DNA from: Paraspadella gotoi
Taxonomy: Eukaryota; Animalia; Chaetognatha
Length of the DNA stretch: 64,000 nt
Direction: 5' to 3'
Assembly: GCA_051294375.1 (NCBI GenBank)
Contig: CM119265.1
Coordinates: forward strand, 11,595,818-11,659,817
Shown here: positions 1 through 12,728 of the stretch, piece by piece
How positions within the stretch are numbered: the stretch's first letter is position 1
Layout of the letters: every line of letters starts with the position of its first letter
The notes under the pieces: generated by a model
Database searches by the model: none
The model's input: only the letters and a program-made list of their open reading frames with translations
What the model was told of the DNA's origin: nothing
Position numbers and translations under genes: made by a program

Positions 1-699
1 CAATAAGGTATATATCATTTAGCGCCTACATGTAACGCCTACTGAACGTAATCAAAAGATTCCATCGAGGTTTTTTCGCTAAAGGGTAAAAAAATAATAC
101 TCACATTCTTTATACATCTTCTATATAGGAACAAAGGATAGATATGCAATGGAGACAATTAGGTTAAATTTATATAATTAATGTTTCTACCGGGTCACAG
201 AAAAAAAAGCAAGCACTCAGTCCTCACGATGTTTACTCGCGCAATTGAAATATTTGTAGAAAAATAAATTCAAAGACAATGTTGATGACAATAATCTTTG
301 TGCACGGAGAGATCACGAAAACACAAATGCCATTCGTAGCTTTGGAAAGCATTTTCCTTTCGCCAATTACGAAGAGATTTTTCACTTACGGCATTACAAG
401 ATAATCGGAATCTCGAGAGAACTGAGACGTTGGTTTCTTCCCGGTATGACACAAATCTCCGTTATAGATATTAATCCTGAATTCTAGTCTACGACGAATA
501 TTCTTACCAGGGAAATACGGGTCTTCACTTTAATTTGTACTTTTGAAATTATAATTAGAGTGTTCTAAGTACAAAATGATATTTCGACAAACATTGGAGA
601 GCTGAAAATTTCTCCATCACTCTTCAACTTTCTCCAAATAGAATAGCTGCTAATCATCTTTCACATACCATAATCATATATGAAATCATGTAAAGTCCT

Positions 700-2200
700 A
701 AAATTTTTTGAGAGGGCCTTTCAGACAAACGACACACTTTTATGCGACAAGGATCTCCCACAAATATAAGGAACTTATACATTTTTGTTTGAACTAAAAA
801 CATTAACCTGAATTTTCTAGATGCACATTTATATTTATTCGGGTATATTACAGAAGGAAAATAAATCTCCTTTTTCATTTCTTATTTATATATATATTCT
901 TCCAAGAGTATATTGCGAAAAAAATTCTTTTTTTGCCGAGTCCAAGTAAAAGCTCTCTACGTCTTGATATCTGCTTCTAGCGCTTGAAGTTTCTTGATAT
1001 TCAAAGTTGATTTTGTTTATCAGATTTTATTGAATTCAGGGGTAGGTAAAATAAAATTGTCGTTGAGCCCCCCTCCTCCCAATGTTAGTAGCAATACTTA
1101 GATATTAAATATCGAATTGCGCAATAACAATAGGTTGTTGATTTACTCTTCTATCTGATCTATTTTATTATAGATATTCTTTACCTTCAGGTATTGTCGA
1201 ATTTTATATTGTTTATTGGTGTCATAGTCATGATTTTTATGAAACTCTCTGAGAAAATTTCGCCATTTATAGAAAAAGATCCCATTTCCTTCTCTGATTC
1301 TCTAAAGAACGTAATCGTAACGGACCTTCCATTACATTTTATTAATATTTTTTCTCTTTTGATTTTTAATATGGATATTATTATGATTAATAAGTTTTTA
1401 TTAAATTTTCTATTATTTTTCATATATATATCCTTTTTAATATTAAGATTATAAAACCACCTATAACTTTTATATTATTCAATTAATTTAGGTGTGCGTT
1501 CTCTAATAATACTTAATCTCTCATTTTATCTTGAGATTATTTTAATTTTTCACAATGTTGGATTTTCTGTTTCTTTATATATATTATCTTTTTCTTAATT
1601 TATCATTTTATAATTCTCGTCACCATCTTTTTGATATATTTATTGTCACTTAAATTATTTCTTTTATTGCCTAAATATATAAAATTTTTCCTATTTTTTT
1701 TATTTAATATATTAATTTATCCATATTTGGTATAATACATTAAATAAATATATATAATTTGTTATAATATTAATAATTCAAAATATGTAATTAGGTTCGA
1801 CTTGTACTTCTAAAAATTCTATTTTAGTTTTAAAACACTTTAGGTAATTTGGTATTATTTGAGGAGTCGACTAATGTGGGTATAGGGGTTTAGGCAAAGG
1901 CGTCAATAAGGAGTATCTTCATTGGCTCAACTTTTATAGCTATTTTATATATTGAACAGTCAAGAGAGGATATAGTGTTCATTTTTTAAATGTTAAAAAC
2001 TCTTGTAAACGGGAGGTCCTAAGGGAGGAATTCAAATACTTCACATAGCTCAATTAAAAAAAAAAGTAGTTCGTAGACCAGTACCTATCTTTAATTTTTA
2101 TACTTGTTATATTTCAGTTTTTAAAATCATTTTTCTAGTAACACTAATCGATCTCTATTTGGTATAGAAGACAAGGGTGATATGGTCTTTACGCGCTAGC
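700..2200 (-). pseudogene. heavily decayed non-LTR retrotransposon (L1/Tx1-like) reverse transcriptase remnant
   Basis: Minus-strand fragments in RT order: ISSLDCSIYKIAIKV (~1935-1980, cf. RPISLLNxDYKI), IKCNG...RIREG (~1285-1340, cf. vNG...GvRQG), GGGGL (~1065-1080). Many stops and frameshifts; boundaries approximate. Confidence 0.35.
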
Positions 2201-4256
2201 ATATGAGAGAATTGGCATTTGAGATATAAAAAATGCGAAAGGAATGGCTTCTTTTTCAAAAAGTTAAAGTCCCTTAAATAACGGCCACGAAGAAGTTACA
2301 TTCAAATCATACTATAAAACACCATATAAAATATTTGTTTATGTTACTTTATCCGGTAATATAACTATTTTACTAGTAGATATTCTTATAAAGGGAGATA
2401 ACAAATAATATTCATTTCTATCTATTCTCTGGGAAGAAAAGTTTCCTTTATACATCTATAAATTAAATAATTTCTTAAAGCAGAACATATATTCCCAAAA
2501 ATCCTTATATTCAACACTTATAATGAGTATACTCCATGAAATCATTTTATAAACAACACACATTGTAATAATATGCTTTCGGTAAATTAATCTAGCTATT
2601 TTCAAGAGAAAAACTTAACATTTAATAATTTTTTATAAATCTTGTTCTCTTAATAGCGTGAAAAAATTGTTAATGATACCACACCTCTGGAGGAGATTTT
2701 TTTGATATATCTTCACAATAAAACTTGAGAGATTCTATCTTTAAACCAAAATAAAGCTTAACCAGCTTCAATCTTATCCTATCATTTTCTCCATAATGAC
2801 TCGGAGTTTAATAATTTTCTTGTCTTTATGCTTTTGGAATAGTGAAGTTCCTCATTTAATTACACTATCGAGAGTTAAGTAACTCCACTATTTAAGATCA
2901 ATCCTAAAATATTATATAACTAACATTGCAATAACTCTCTTTAAGCTTTTTTACCTTCGACATGTAAATGTTTATATCATACATATGAGGAGTTTTTGCC
3001 TTCTAATGGTCTTTTTCTAGGAGAGTATTTCTTCTATGACGCTGAGAAAAAAAAAAACACATTTACAATAACTCAAATTATATTTGAGAAATAAAATTAC
3101 AATATACAGTTTAAATAAGGCGTTCATCGCATTTATATATTTTGTTAAGTGACATCTTAGACTCATGGATTATGAAATATAGCCATTGGCCACTCCATCT
3201 CTCTCTCAATCAACATTCTCTCGTGTCATAGTGGATGAAATTCATTCTGAAAGTAGGATAAGAAATGCATACAAGAAACATGGAAATTTAAAAAACAAAA
3301 GATAAAAATTCAGTTAAGACCAATTTTTCTTGATTACTGAATTAGAGACAAAAAGCGTGTGAAAAACAACGACACAAGCACGCATCATCACTATTCCCGG
3401 TTGTCTTGTGTACTGAGCTTTGCAATGGATGACATCTGAGCTATTGAAAAATGCTATATGAGTAAACATCTATGAATGAAAGATAAGCATATATTCTACT
3501 TGAGACACAGAAAAGTGAGAGAGAGAGGTGTAAGAACGAGATTGCAGCTCCAAACCGTTGGACTCTTCTTGAAGAAAAAAATATCTTGGGCAAAAAAGAG
3601 AAGTGTGGGGGAGATTCTATGAGCGCGTTTTTGGAAAAATGTTTTTCGTTTTAAAAGATATTAAGGAATTAATCACAAAAATTGACTAAAATAATCAAAT
3701 TTTCTATGAAGGAAGGCAAATTTGAAAATTATCTTTTCATAGATCAGAGTTCGTTACCTAAAGGTAATTCATGCCAAATTTCATGAGAAACCGCCTTACC
3801 GTTTGGGCTGCAACTCTTCAAATAGGTTTCTTTTATTTTATATAGTACAAAAAAAATCGAAAAAACGATGACGCCTTTGAATAAAATAGTCAAGTGAATA
3901 CATTTTTCGGAATCGTCAGGAGCTCTCCTTTCGAAATCCGAGCTCGGCTTTAGCCTAATTTTAATTTGAATTGAGTGATCCCGGACCTTAAGAAGCAAAA
4001 AATTGGTTATAAGTGAAGCAGAGGTTACCTTTGAGCAAAAGAGGGAAATGGCTAAAAACAAAAGGGCAGTTAGGAGAAGGTTAAAGCCAAAAGGGGGGCT
4101 TTTACGGGCCTGCTAAGTCCCAAGCCCATTCCAGAGGAGAAATCACGTGACCAAAGTCTGCCTATATAAGGAGGAGTGCCACAGACTGTGGTCAGGAGTC
4201 AATTGAGACCCTCTGAAGTGTAAGGGGAAATTCTGTCCGGCTGGAAAAGATACTGG

Positions 4257-4438
4257 AAAAACGCTTAAGTCCAGGAGAGACTGAAAACGCCTAAGTCCAG
4301 GAGAGACTGAAAACGCCAAAGTCCAGGAGAGACTGAAAACGCCAAAGTCCAGGAGAGACTGAAAACGCCTAAGTCCAGCAGAGACTGAAAACGCCTAAGT
4401 CCAGGAGAGACTGAAAACGCCTAAGTCCAGGAAGGACT
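4257..4438 (+). repeat. 26-bp tandem array GAAAACGCCTAAGTCCAGGAGAGACT, ~7 copies
   Basis: Head-to-tail repeats read directly; no spacers. Confidence 0.95.
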
Positions 4439-4457
4439 GGTTGGAAATAATAACTCT

Positions 4458-4611
4458 AAGGTTAAGTCTGGTAAGACTTGGTTAAGGTTAAGTCTGGTAA
4501 GACTTGGTTAAGGTTAAGTCTGGTAAGACTTGGTTAAGGTTAAGTCTGGTAAGACTTGGTTAAGGTTAAGTCTGGTAAGACTTGGTTAAGGTTAAGTCTG
4601 GTTAAGGTTAA
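4458..4611 (+). repeat. 26-bp tandem array AAGGTTAAGTCTGGTAAGACTTGGTT, ~5.5 copies
   Basis: Head-to-tail repeats read directly. Confidence 0.95.
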
Positions 4612-5235
4612 TGGTGGATTAAGACAAGGGTCTCAAGTGACTACAGACCACAGCTTCATAATTCCTAGTGGACTCTCCTCAATTCTCAAGTGGATTTCAT
4701 TAATACTTTGGCTTACATTTTAAATTGAATATGTGTATTTAATTTTGTAATGTACATTAATTTTATTGTGCTTTAAAAATATGTATTGAGTCAGTAGTAA
4801 AGATATTATTTAAATTTGTACTAAAGATTATTTTCTTTATCTTTCTTCCAGGTTAAATTTTTAATAAAAGCGCCCCAGGATACAAACTCCAGTGGACTTC
4901 AGGATTTAAATAATAAAGTTTTTAACGCCAGGAACTCCAGTGCCCAAGAACTCAAGGACTCCAGTTTTTTGTATTTTTATAATAAAGTGGGTGGTGGTAA
5001 AAAACATGACCCAACATTTTATTACAGTATAATAATTTTTTCGACTAATTATTTAACAAATATTGTTAACTGTTATCGAATATTTATACTAAGTAAATTA
5101 TTACTAACACGTTATAAAAAGCATACAAAGTAACACAGAATACTTAGTTTACAGGTGTTCCGTTTTACCCCAATTTAATTGTAGCTATGTAAAAAAAAAT
5201 TAAATTATTTTTTTGAAATAATCTATTCAATAACT

Positions 5236-5874
5236 AACAAGTTTGAGCAAACAATGTCGGAGCTGCCCACAATCATTATCGGTAATTAATTAATTAAATA
5301 ATTAATTTATTCATTAATTGATTAATTAACTGATTAATTTTTTGATTAATACATCTTGCATTTACATTTAAAATAAAAATAAAAAGAAGCATAATCAATT
5401 CGTGAAACAGGTTCTTTGTTTTTTCTATTTAAACTCATTTCCACTCAAACGATTCCATCAAAATTTGATTTCCAGTTTAATCACACACATTTCTACCCAA
5501 ATACAAAATCGGCCCATCCACTCATGAGTAATTGGGGTTCAAATAGTGAAATATATTTTTTTGTTTTTTCCATTTAAACTCATTTCCACTCAGACGATTC
5601 CATTGAAACTTCATATCCAGCCCAATCACACACTTCCCTACCCACACACAAAATTTTATTCCAATCCATCCATCCAATCACGAGTAATTGGTGTTTTTTG
5701 CTAAGGTGGGACGGACGGACGGACAGACAGACGGACGGACATCGTTTTTTTACATAATTTATCATAATTCGATGTTCTGACATGATATAAGTGAATGCCC
5801 GACAAGATTGAGGGGGCGGACCGACGGACCGACAAAGTGAATTATTATATGCTGAAAGCAGATCCGACTAAAAA
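5236..5874 (-). mobile_element. HINE/DINE-1-like (Helentron-associated) non-autonomous element
   Basis: Subterminal inverted repeat AGTCGGATCTGC/GCAGATCCGAC, (GTCC)n microsatellite, ~155-bp central repeat unit, terminal stem-loop. Inserted in a T-run without TSD; the empty site is visible at ~21250. Confidence 0.7.
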
Positions 5875-6216
5875 TTAGCAGTCTCGTCTATCATATATTA
5901 ATATTCCATAATCATATTACGTCAAATATGACTGACAGAGGTTTGAAAACGACTACTCAAAGATGAAATTTGACTAGCAGCTTTGAAATTTCTGCTGCAG
6001 TTGCTGCAGCAGCAGCGGAATGCTGTAACTTTAATAATGGAAAGTCAAGTTGGTGAAATATTTAATGCACCAAAAAAAATTTTATAATATCTTTAAACAA
6101 TTTATTTATTTCATTTTAGATGTCAGTGTGCAAAATTACCCCCATTCCGAATTACCCCGCACTACCCTAATAGGGAAAGCATTTCTGATTTCTTTATCAT
6201 CTGGTACTTTACTGAC

Positions 6217-6339
6217 CTTTCGACAAGTTCGAACAGCGCACCCACAGGCGGCGCCAGAGGCGGATCTCGGACGAACTTTCGTCATCCAATTGGCAGCGCG
6301 GCAGGCGGCGCAGGGGAAATTGGCCGTCGCCCGATAAGC
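6217..6339 (-). CDS. extended PHD (zf-HC5HC2H) protein, coding exon 2; gene continues downstream (next exon not found)
   Basis: ccaccag| ... AAG|gtcagt; phase 0; AYRATANFPCAACRAANWMTKVRPRSASGAACGCAVRTCRK matches CxxC...GAxxGCxxxxCxK of ePHD. Confidence 0.85.
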
Positions 6340-7349
6340 CTGGTGGCGAAACCCAATCGTGAAAATGAGCCGAGGGAAAAAGAGACCATTTTAATGGTTC
6401 CGCATACAATCGGAGTCTTTTTGACAACGAAATCTGAATTTCAATAATTACCATCTTTCTTGATCTCATTGGTTAGTATGAAGCTTTCTTTATTTAGAAA
6501 AACGGTAGACTATAGTTATCTTCCTCTTATGACATAGTACTTTCCAGGTAAATTTCTATGAGTTAAAAATACGGTAAGACATGATTTCTTCAATGATTGT
6601 CAATCAAATCTTAATTTTAAAAATAAGTATGATTGAATTTTTATGGTAAAGATAACTTTTAAAGATCGAATCTTCACGTCTTTTACTTGCACGAAACTAT
6701 TCGCTGAATATTCGCTGAATATTCAGGCAGGACGCCACATTATCTCATACAATTTTTTTCCCCTCATACCCTTTCCCTGATTCTTTTTCTTCATCTCTTT
6801 TCTTCTCTTTATTTGTATTTTTCTTTCCCTTTCCTCCCCTCCTTCTCCCGCTGTCAATTACCATTTTTTGGTCCTACCTTTTTTTGCCACTCTTCCACTT
6901 TCCTCACCTTTTTTCTCTTCTTCATTCTTTCCCTTTCTTTTCCCCTCTATTTCTTTCCATTTTTCCCTCTTTTCCTACCTTTTAATTATCTCACTATTAT
7001 TTTCACCATTTGCCTTCTTTTTTTTGCCATTTGCCCACCTATTTCATTCTCTCCCGACCTCCTTTTCCTGTTCTCCCTTTCCTCTTCCCTCTCACTACAT
7101 TTACATTGAGCCAAATAAAAAAATCTTTTCTTATGGATTATAAGAAAAGAAATTAACGGTAATGGAGGATTTTATTTCAATTTTGGTTACCTAGCAGATT
7201 TAATAAATCAACAAATTTTGCGGAAAAATTTTCCGCAAAATCTATCGATTTTGAGAAAAAACAAGTACTGACCCTTTCCATTGTATTAAAAGGATGCGGT
7301 TTTTTTTGTTTTAATAAAGTCAGTATGTACCTCATCTTTTAAAACTAAT

Positions 7350-9112
7350 CAGAGGAGGATTTGGCCTGCCGTCCAATTCTCCTCTTCCTCTTCTTCTTTT
7401 TCCTCCTCCTCCTGCCCCTCAATATATTTTGTCTAGCGATACATTCTCTCGTTTCTACTCTTCGCAAAATATACCATTATTTTTCCCTCTATTTCTTCAC
7501 GCCTTCAATACCCCTCAAGTGACGCCCTCTTCGCGGCTCGACACCCTACTCCCCGTGGATTAAGTTTCCTGTGCAAACCCTCAGCAAAAAAAAACAAAAA
7601 ACGCGGAAATTCTATAAAAAAAAACTTTTTCTTCACTAACAACCAAAAACAAACTTAAAAATAAACCAAATTTACAAACTCCCATCTAAAAAAAAAAGAT
7701 ACCATTTTACAAAATAACTTAAAATCACTACAAAGAAATTGCATAAAAAAAAACCCTACTTTATGTTAATTACATGATAACTTTCTCTTCACTCTTCGTC
7801 AACCGAAACTTGGAATTTTCAAAATCTAAACATCAAACTTTGAACCTGGCAACTAAAAACAAGATCGCTTCAACTCTCTCTCCAACTAAAAATGGCGAAA
7901 GCTAAGATTGGACTTTAACCTATTAAGAAAAAGGAAAAAGAAAACGTTTGCTACCTTGAAAGACAAAAAAAAAAAAAAAAAAAGAAAAATTAAAATAACT
8001 GTCCAGAAAAACCAATACCTTTTTACCCTAAAACCCACGAATTCTGGACAAGAATATAATGGATCTACTTGCTTTGGTGCAGAATACACATATGTCCCCT
8101 CTGCCTTTAAAAACCCAAACTGTCTCCACCTCAACTCAAACCTATTTCACCCAAGCCAATGCTTCAAACAAGACCACAAAAGCCAAGGCTAGTTGCAATA
8201 AATCAACTCAGACAAAAATTCCTAACTCAACCTCCTCTTTCCAAACTACCCAAATTGCCATCATTTCTGATTCAGTTTCAACACAAACCAATGTTGCCAA
8301 GACTGATTCTCAAATGCAGACCGACTTACTAACTGTCAAAGACAAAGCTAAAGATGTAAAAATTCAAGCAGGAGATACTTCAGTTGGAAAATTCCAAGGA
8401 GAAACTTCATTTGCAAGAATCAACTTAAACAAGAATCAACACAAAAATCAAGCCTGCTCTTATCAGTCTCCGGTCAAGAAATGGGAAACAAAATCAAGAA
8501 ATGAAAGAACTGGACCCTGGAAAGAAACCTGTGCTGAAAAGATCTATATCCCCCCTCATAGACGTGTTCTTCAAGACCAAAGAAGGCAACCAGCTTTTGA
8601 AAAACGCAAAAATACTTACCCTAAACTGATAGAAATAGACTTACGACCATGGTTACGCCAGAAGTTTGCTGCATTTTTGGCTCAGACTTTACCATTGCCC
8701 TTTTTTTAAGAATCAATATCAGTCATGGTGCAGTGGCATAACTTGTCAATGACTGTGACATAAATTAAAAAAAAAACTTTTAATCATTTAAATAGCTTTG
8801 ATAGAAATCCAATAGTTTTAGTTTGACTTCTCTCACTTTTTTAGTTCTGTGTCTTTGTTTTTTTAGTCCAGAGGGAAGCATGACGATGTCATGCCACGCC
8901 ATTGGGGGCCTGGACATGACATCTTGGTCAAGAAGGGGGACGCAGAGGAGGATTTGGCCTGCCGTCCAATTCTCCTCTTCCTCTTCTTCTTTTTCCTCCT
9001 CCTCCTGCCCCTCAATATATTTTGTCTAGCGATACATTCTCTCGTTTCTACTCTTCGCGAAATATACCATTATTTTTCCCTCTATTTCTTCACGCCTTCA
9101 ATATCCCTCAAG
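7350..9112 (+). mobile_element. non-autonomous LTR element with 170-bp LTRs (7350-7519, 8943-9112)
   Basis: Near-identical direct repeats, flanking CTAAT duplication, PBS-like TGACGCCC...GGCTCGA after the 5' LTR (tRNA-Lys-like), PPT AAGAAGGGGGA before the 3' LTR. Lies antisense in the ePHD intron. Confidence 0.8.
8059..8709 (+). CDS. 216-aa Ser/Thr/Gln-rich ORF with repeated TQT motifs inside the LTR element
   Basis: Long open frame in AT-rich DNA; KTQTV, STSTQTY, NKSTQTK, SVSTQTN, SQMQTD; no gag/pol motifs recognised. Confidence 0.4.
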   Translation: MDLLALVQNTHMSPLPLKTQTVSTSTQTYFTQANASNKTTKAKASCNKSTQTKIPNSTSSFQTTQIAIISDSVSTQTNVAKTDSQMQTDLLTVKDKAKDVKIQAGDTSVGKFQGETSFARINLNKNQHKNQACSYQSPVKKWETKSRNERTGPWKETCAEKIYIPPHRRVLQDQRRQPAFEKRKNTYPKLIEIDLRPWLRQKFAAFLAQTLPLPFF

Positions 9113-9731
9113 CTAATAAATGACCTAAAATTATTTATTCTCTTTATCAAAAATAAATGCAAGTCAAAAAAAGTCACAAATTAAAAGTTGTCTTTAAAAA
9201 TTATTTGTGGCTAAACGAAAAAAGTTTTTTTGATAATTTTGTAGGTGTTAAAAGCTTATTCAATAGGCTATATTTTCTGTTAATTTCTACCAATTTGATT
9301 TATTTTTGTTTAACAAATTATGATAAAGACTGAAACTGCAACTTTTTGACTTGTTAACTTTAAAATTTAAAATTCATAGGCAAACTATAAATGATTTAAG
9401 CAAATAAATTTTCCCAGGGGTAAAGAAGATAAGGAAGAACGGATTTCCAAAGTAAAAAATTTTTCTCAACTTTCCTTGGCATTCAAATCAGAAGTCGTAA
9501 GAAAAAATGGACAAAAATGGACATAATTTTCTTTCCTAAAAGTTGCCAAAATGGTACTCTTTTATTATTAGAAACGGGTGGAGATGTTTCTAACCAATCC
9601 TTCATTGGGCCCAATTTGTGTTGTGGCACAAAGTTAATCAACATAGTAAGTAACAACTGAACAATAGTAGAAACAATCGTTTTTTTCCTAAATGCAACGT
9701 TTGTACACGGAACCTTATACAAACGACTTGC

Positions 9732-9956
9732 CTTGATAACGAGATCCACTTTGAATCCTCCGAAACCCATATCGTCCTCGTATTGCCAAAGGCGCGAGTT
9801 GTACTGCATGCACCTCCGGTGCGCCCAGACTTTGGAGGACTTCTCCAACTTGCCACAGACGCCCCCATCGTCGTCCTTTCCCAAATGGCAGAAGCAGCAA
9901 CGTTCCAATTTGACGAGCTCATGAGCGGAAAAAGCAGAGGAGCGGCGACGCTTCAT
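9732..9956 (-). CDS. extended PHD protein (PHF6/PHF7/PHF11/G2E3-type), coding exon 1
   Basis: CCFCH...CGKL...WAHRRCMQYNSRLWQ...GGFKVDLVIK is the pre-PHD C2HC finger; ends at AAG|gcaagt (GC donor) in phase with exon 6217-6339. Confidence 0.85.
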
Positions 9957-10243
9957 ATTGCGAGGCAGAAAACTTGTTACCTCTTTCTTGTTAATACGCG
10001 TGGGACGCCCACGCCCGCGCCCGCAAACAGGTAACTTATTCCCGTATTGATTTCATGTTGTTATATGTTTGTAGTGGAAATATAAGGCCTTCAATCTATT
10101 TACTAAAAACCAATTATAGATTTCAAAACCATAAAATATTAAAAAGATTCATTATAAAAATAATCTAAAAAAGGATGAAAAAGTGAAAAAGTGAGCAAAT
10201 ATGAATAAATGAAAAAATTAGATTTCAATAAACTCCATTACTA

Positions 10244-12283
10244 TAGGACTAGGCTCTGACGAACAAAGCCCGAGGTTTTTTTAATATATTCTTATACCGG
10301 CCAAGGTAGAATGATGGCAATATTGTTAATATTAAGTTTCAAAAAAATCCAACCATAAATATAGAAAATATTAACCAAAATCTTCAGAAAATCCACCCCT
10401 TCTTTGGAAGATTTTCGCCATAGAAGATTTTTCCCGAATCTGACTCCCCACTATCATCGATTTAGCATCTAAAGTCGGAAAAAGGGTAGTACATCATACA
10501 ATAATACTTATACTTTTAATCTATGAGGAAGTATCATAAGAAACCTCTCGTGCAATAAGAGTTTTCAAAAATCAGTTTTTCTGGACATATGGGGGTTTTC
10601 CTTATTTTGGACTCACTTTGTCGAGCTATAATCCAGGAAGTTTATGATATATTTCAATTTTTTTTAAATCATAGTAAGTAACTGAATATCTAGCATGGAT
10701 TGAATTAAAATTTATTTAAAACCTGTTTTATTGTATCTGAGTTTTCAAAAATTAGCTGAGAAACTATATGGAAACATGCGGAAACATGATCATTCTTATT
10801 TAATTTAATGATTGATTTTATAACGCACATGATATATTCGGGAGATCTTCCGCAATATTCCGCTTCATATGTAAATACCAAAATGATTTTCAAAATTAAT
10901 TATTTTACACAAATCCGATAAGACTAATTTATAAAGTAAATTTCGTTTTTAAGAGCAATTTTCAACTGAATCAGTGATTCGCAAAGCTAAATTTTCTACC
11001 ACGACAACGACCAAATGTAAGCGTCAGTTATGTCTTGTAATTTAGAAATAAAAGAATATGTATAATAAAAGAGCAACGATTTATTGAGGAGTAGAGAGAG
11101 AGTAGAGCTAATGATATAGTAAAGATCGGGGAATGGATCGAGCTAAGGATCGGGCAAAGGATGAGGCAAACCGTGCGGACATTGTCCAAAGATCAAGCTT
11201 AGTATTTGTTAATGAAACTAACGATAGGACTTCAAAAAAAGAATCTTATGTAAATTTTATTTTTAATTTTTAAATTAATGGCTTTAAAGACCAATCTAAA
11301 TAAGCATTTAAAAAATTTTTTTAAGTTTTTGGGTAACGAAAATGGCAAAATCTACAGATTGTAAACTCTCATTTATAATTTTACTAAAATTATATTCGGA
11401 AACCTGTTTATTTAAGAAATCAAAATCTTTTTCATGGATAGTTTACTTGAGAAAATGATTTCGTAGTTATAATATAATATATCCACGTTAGTATAATAAA
11501 CTTCCCAGCTTAATTGTTTGAATCAAATTTTCTCTTTTAAACTTTAGTCTTACCGTATTTGTGAGGCAAAAATATTTAGAGAAAGCTAAAAAAAATGCGT
11601 ATAGTGTTCAGTTATTCTTTAGGAATCATAAAAAAATAATATGAAACATTTTTGTCCTTTTTGGAAATATTAAGAATTTATGAGAAGAACCACTTAATTT
11701 TTCAAGAATTACGCTGAATGTACCATTAGTATAATTTTTCCGATTTTAACGTGCGCTTCGATGATAGTGCTCCCGGTTGAAAACTCTTAGAATTCCGATA
11801 GTTAGCTCCTCTTTTACTTTTACTTTAAATAAAAATTTCACCAAAATGGACTAATTCACTTTACCATGATCGTATCATATCAAAAACAAAATGTAAAGAA
11901 AAATTTTGAGAGCCCTTCAGACACTTTGCCAAAGGATTCCAAAATTGGACCTCACTTGTTGAACAGGAACATACCTCAGTCACGTTTATATCGTTTAAGG
12001 AAAAAAATCCTTTTCATTTTTATATAAAATCAGAGATGGAAAATTTTTCCATCGAGAAGCAGTCTATTTGTTCTGGCTTGTTTGATATCAAGATGATGAT
12101 GATTTGACAAGAGGAAAAAAATGCGAGCCCTTCAGATGCAACAGGATCGGAATCAAGTGTTTTTACATAGATATTTTACCAGAATTTTTACCAGGAGCGT
12201 TTATATTGTTTGGTAGTCAGATTTGAACGAAAATCTCCATTGAAAAAGTCTTCCTCGATCTCTAAGAACGACGTAGACTCCTA
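10244..12283 (+). mobile_element. non-autonomous DNA element, TAGGA...TCCTA ends, 7-bp TSD ATTACTA, interrupted by a Transib-like element
   Basis: TSD at 10237-10243 and 12284-12290; same family as 12729-13406 and 13414-14135. Confidence 0.85.
10449..11769. mobile_element. Transib-like non-autonomous element
   Basis: TIRs CACTATCATCGA...TCGGAAAAA, 5-bp TSD CTCCC (10444-48, 11770-74); the empty site TGACTCCCGGTTG is present in both sister copies of the host element. Confidence 0.85.
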
Positions 12284-12728
12284 ATTACTATTATTTGCGA
12301 TCGGAATAACTTTATTAAAAAGGGTCATTCAAATCAACTTTAAAATAGGCCTAAATGGAAAAAAAAAGCTGAGAAGCTGAGCACCTGGCGATTCCGAAAA
12401 TGTACTCACAACTCACTTCTACGCCATTTTATATTGGTTTTAATTATAATTATATTAATTAATTAATTATATAATTTAATTATAATATAATATATTATAT
12501 TGGTTGTACCAATTTCATAAAATAAAAGAAACCTATCTGAAGAGTTGCAGGTCAAACGATATTTTTTAGGAATTTTTTATTACTGAATAAAAAAAATGTA
12601 ATAGAGAGACATTTTTAAATTTCATCTTGTATCCTTGAAAACGAAACATTTCTAAACTTTAACCCTGAATTCTTCCTAACTGGAACGCGTTTATCAAAAT
12701 GTCTCATTATTACATTTTTTAAATCAAT

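Larger units (their letters stand above)
3529..5026 (+). mobile_element. putative long solo LTR
   Basis: TGTAAG at 3529 and ...ATTACA at 5026; TCACGTGA and TATATAA at ~4143-4169; internal tandem arrays; several AATAAA at 4860-4990. No TSD found, so the 5' boundary is uncertain. Confidence 0.35.

Noticed and set aside
4257-4611. CRISPR array
   Set aside because: Contiguous tandem units with no unique spacers; eukaryotic context; no cas genes.
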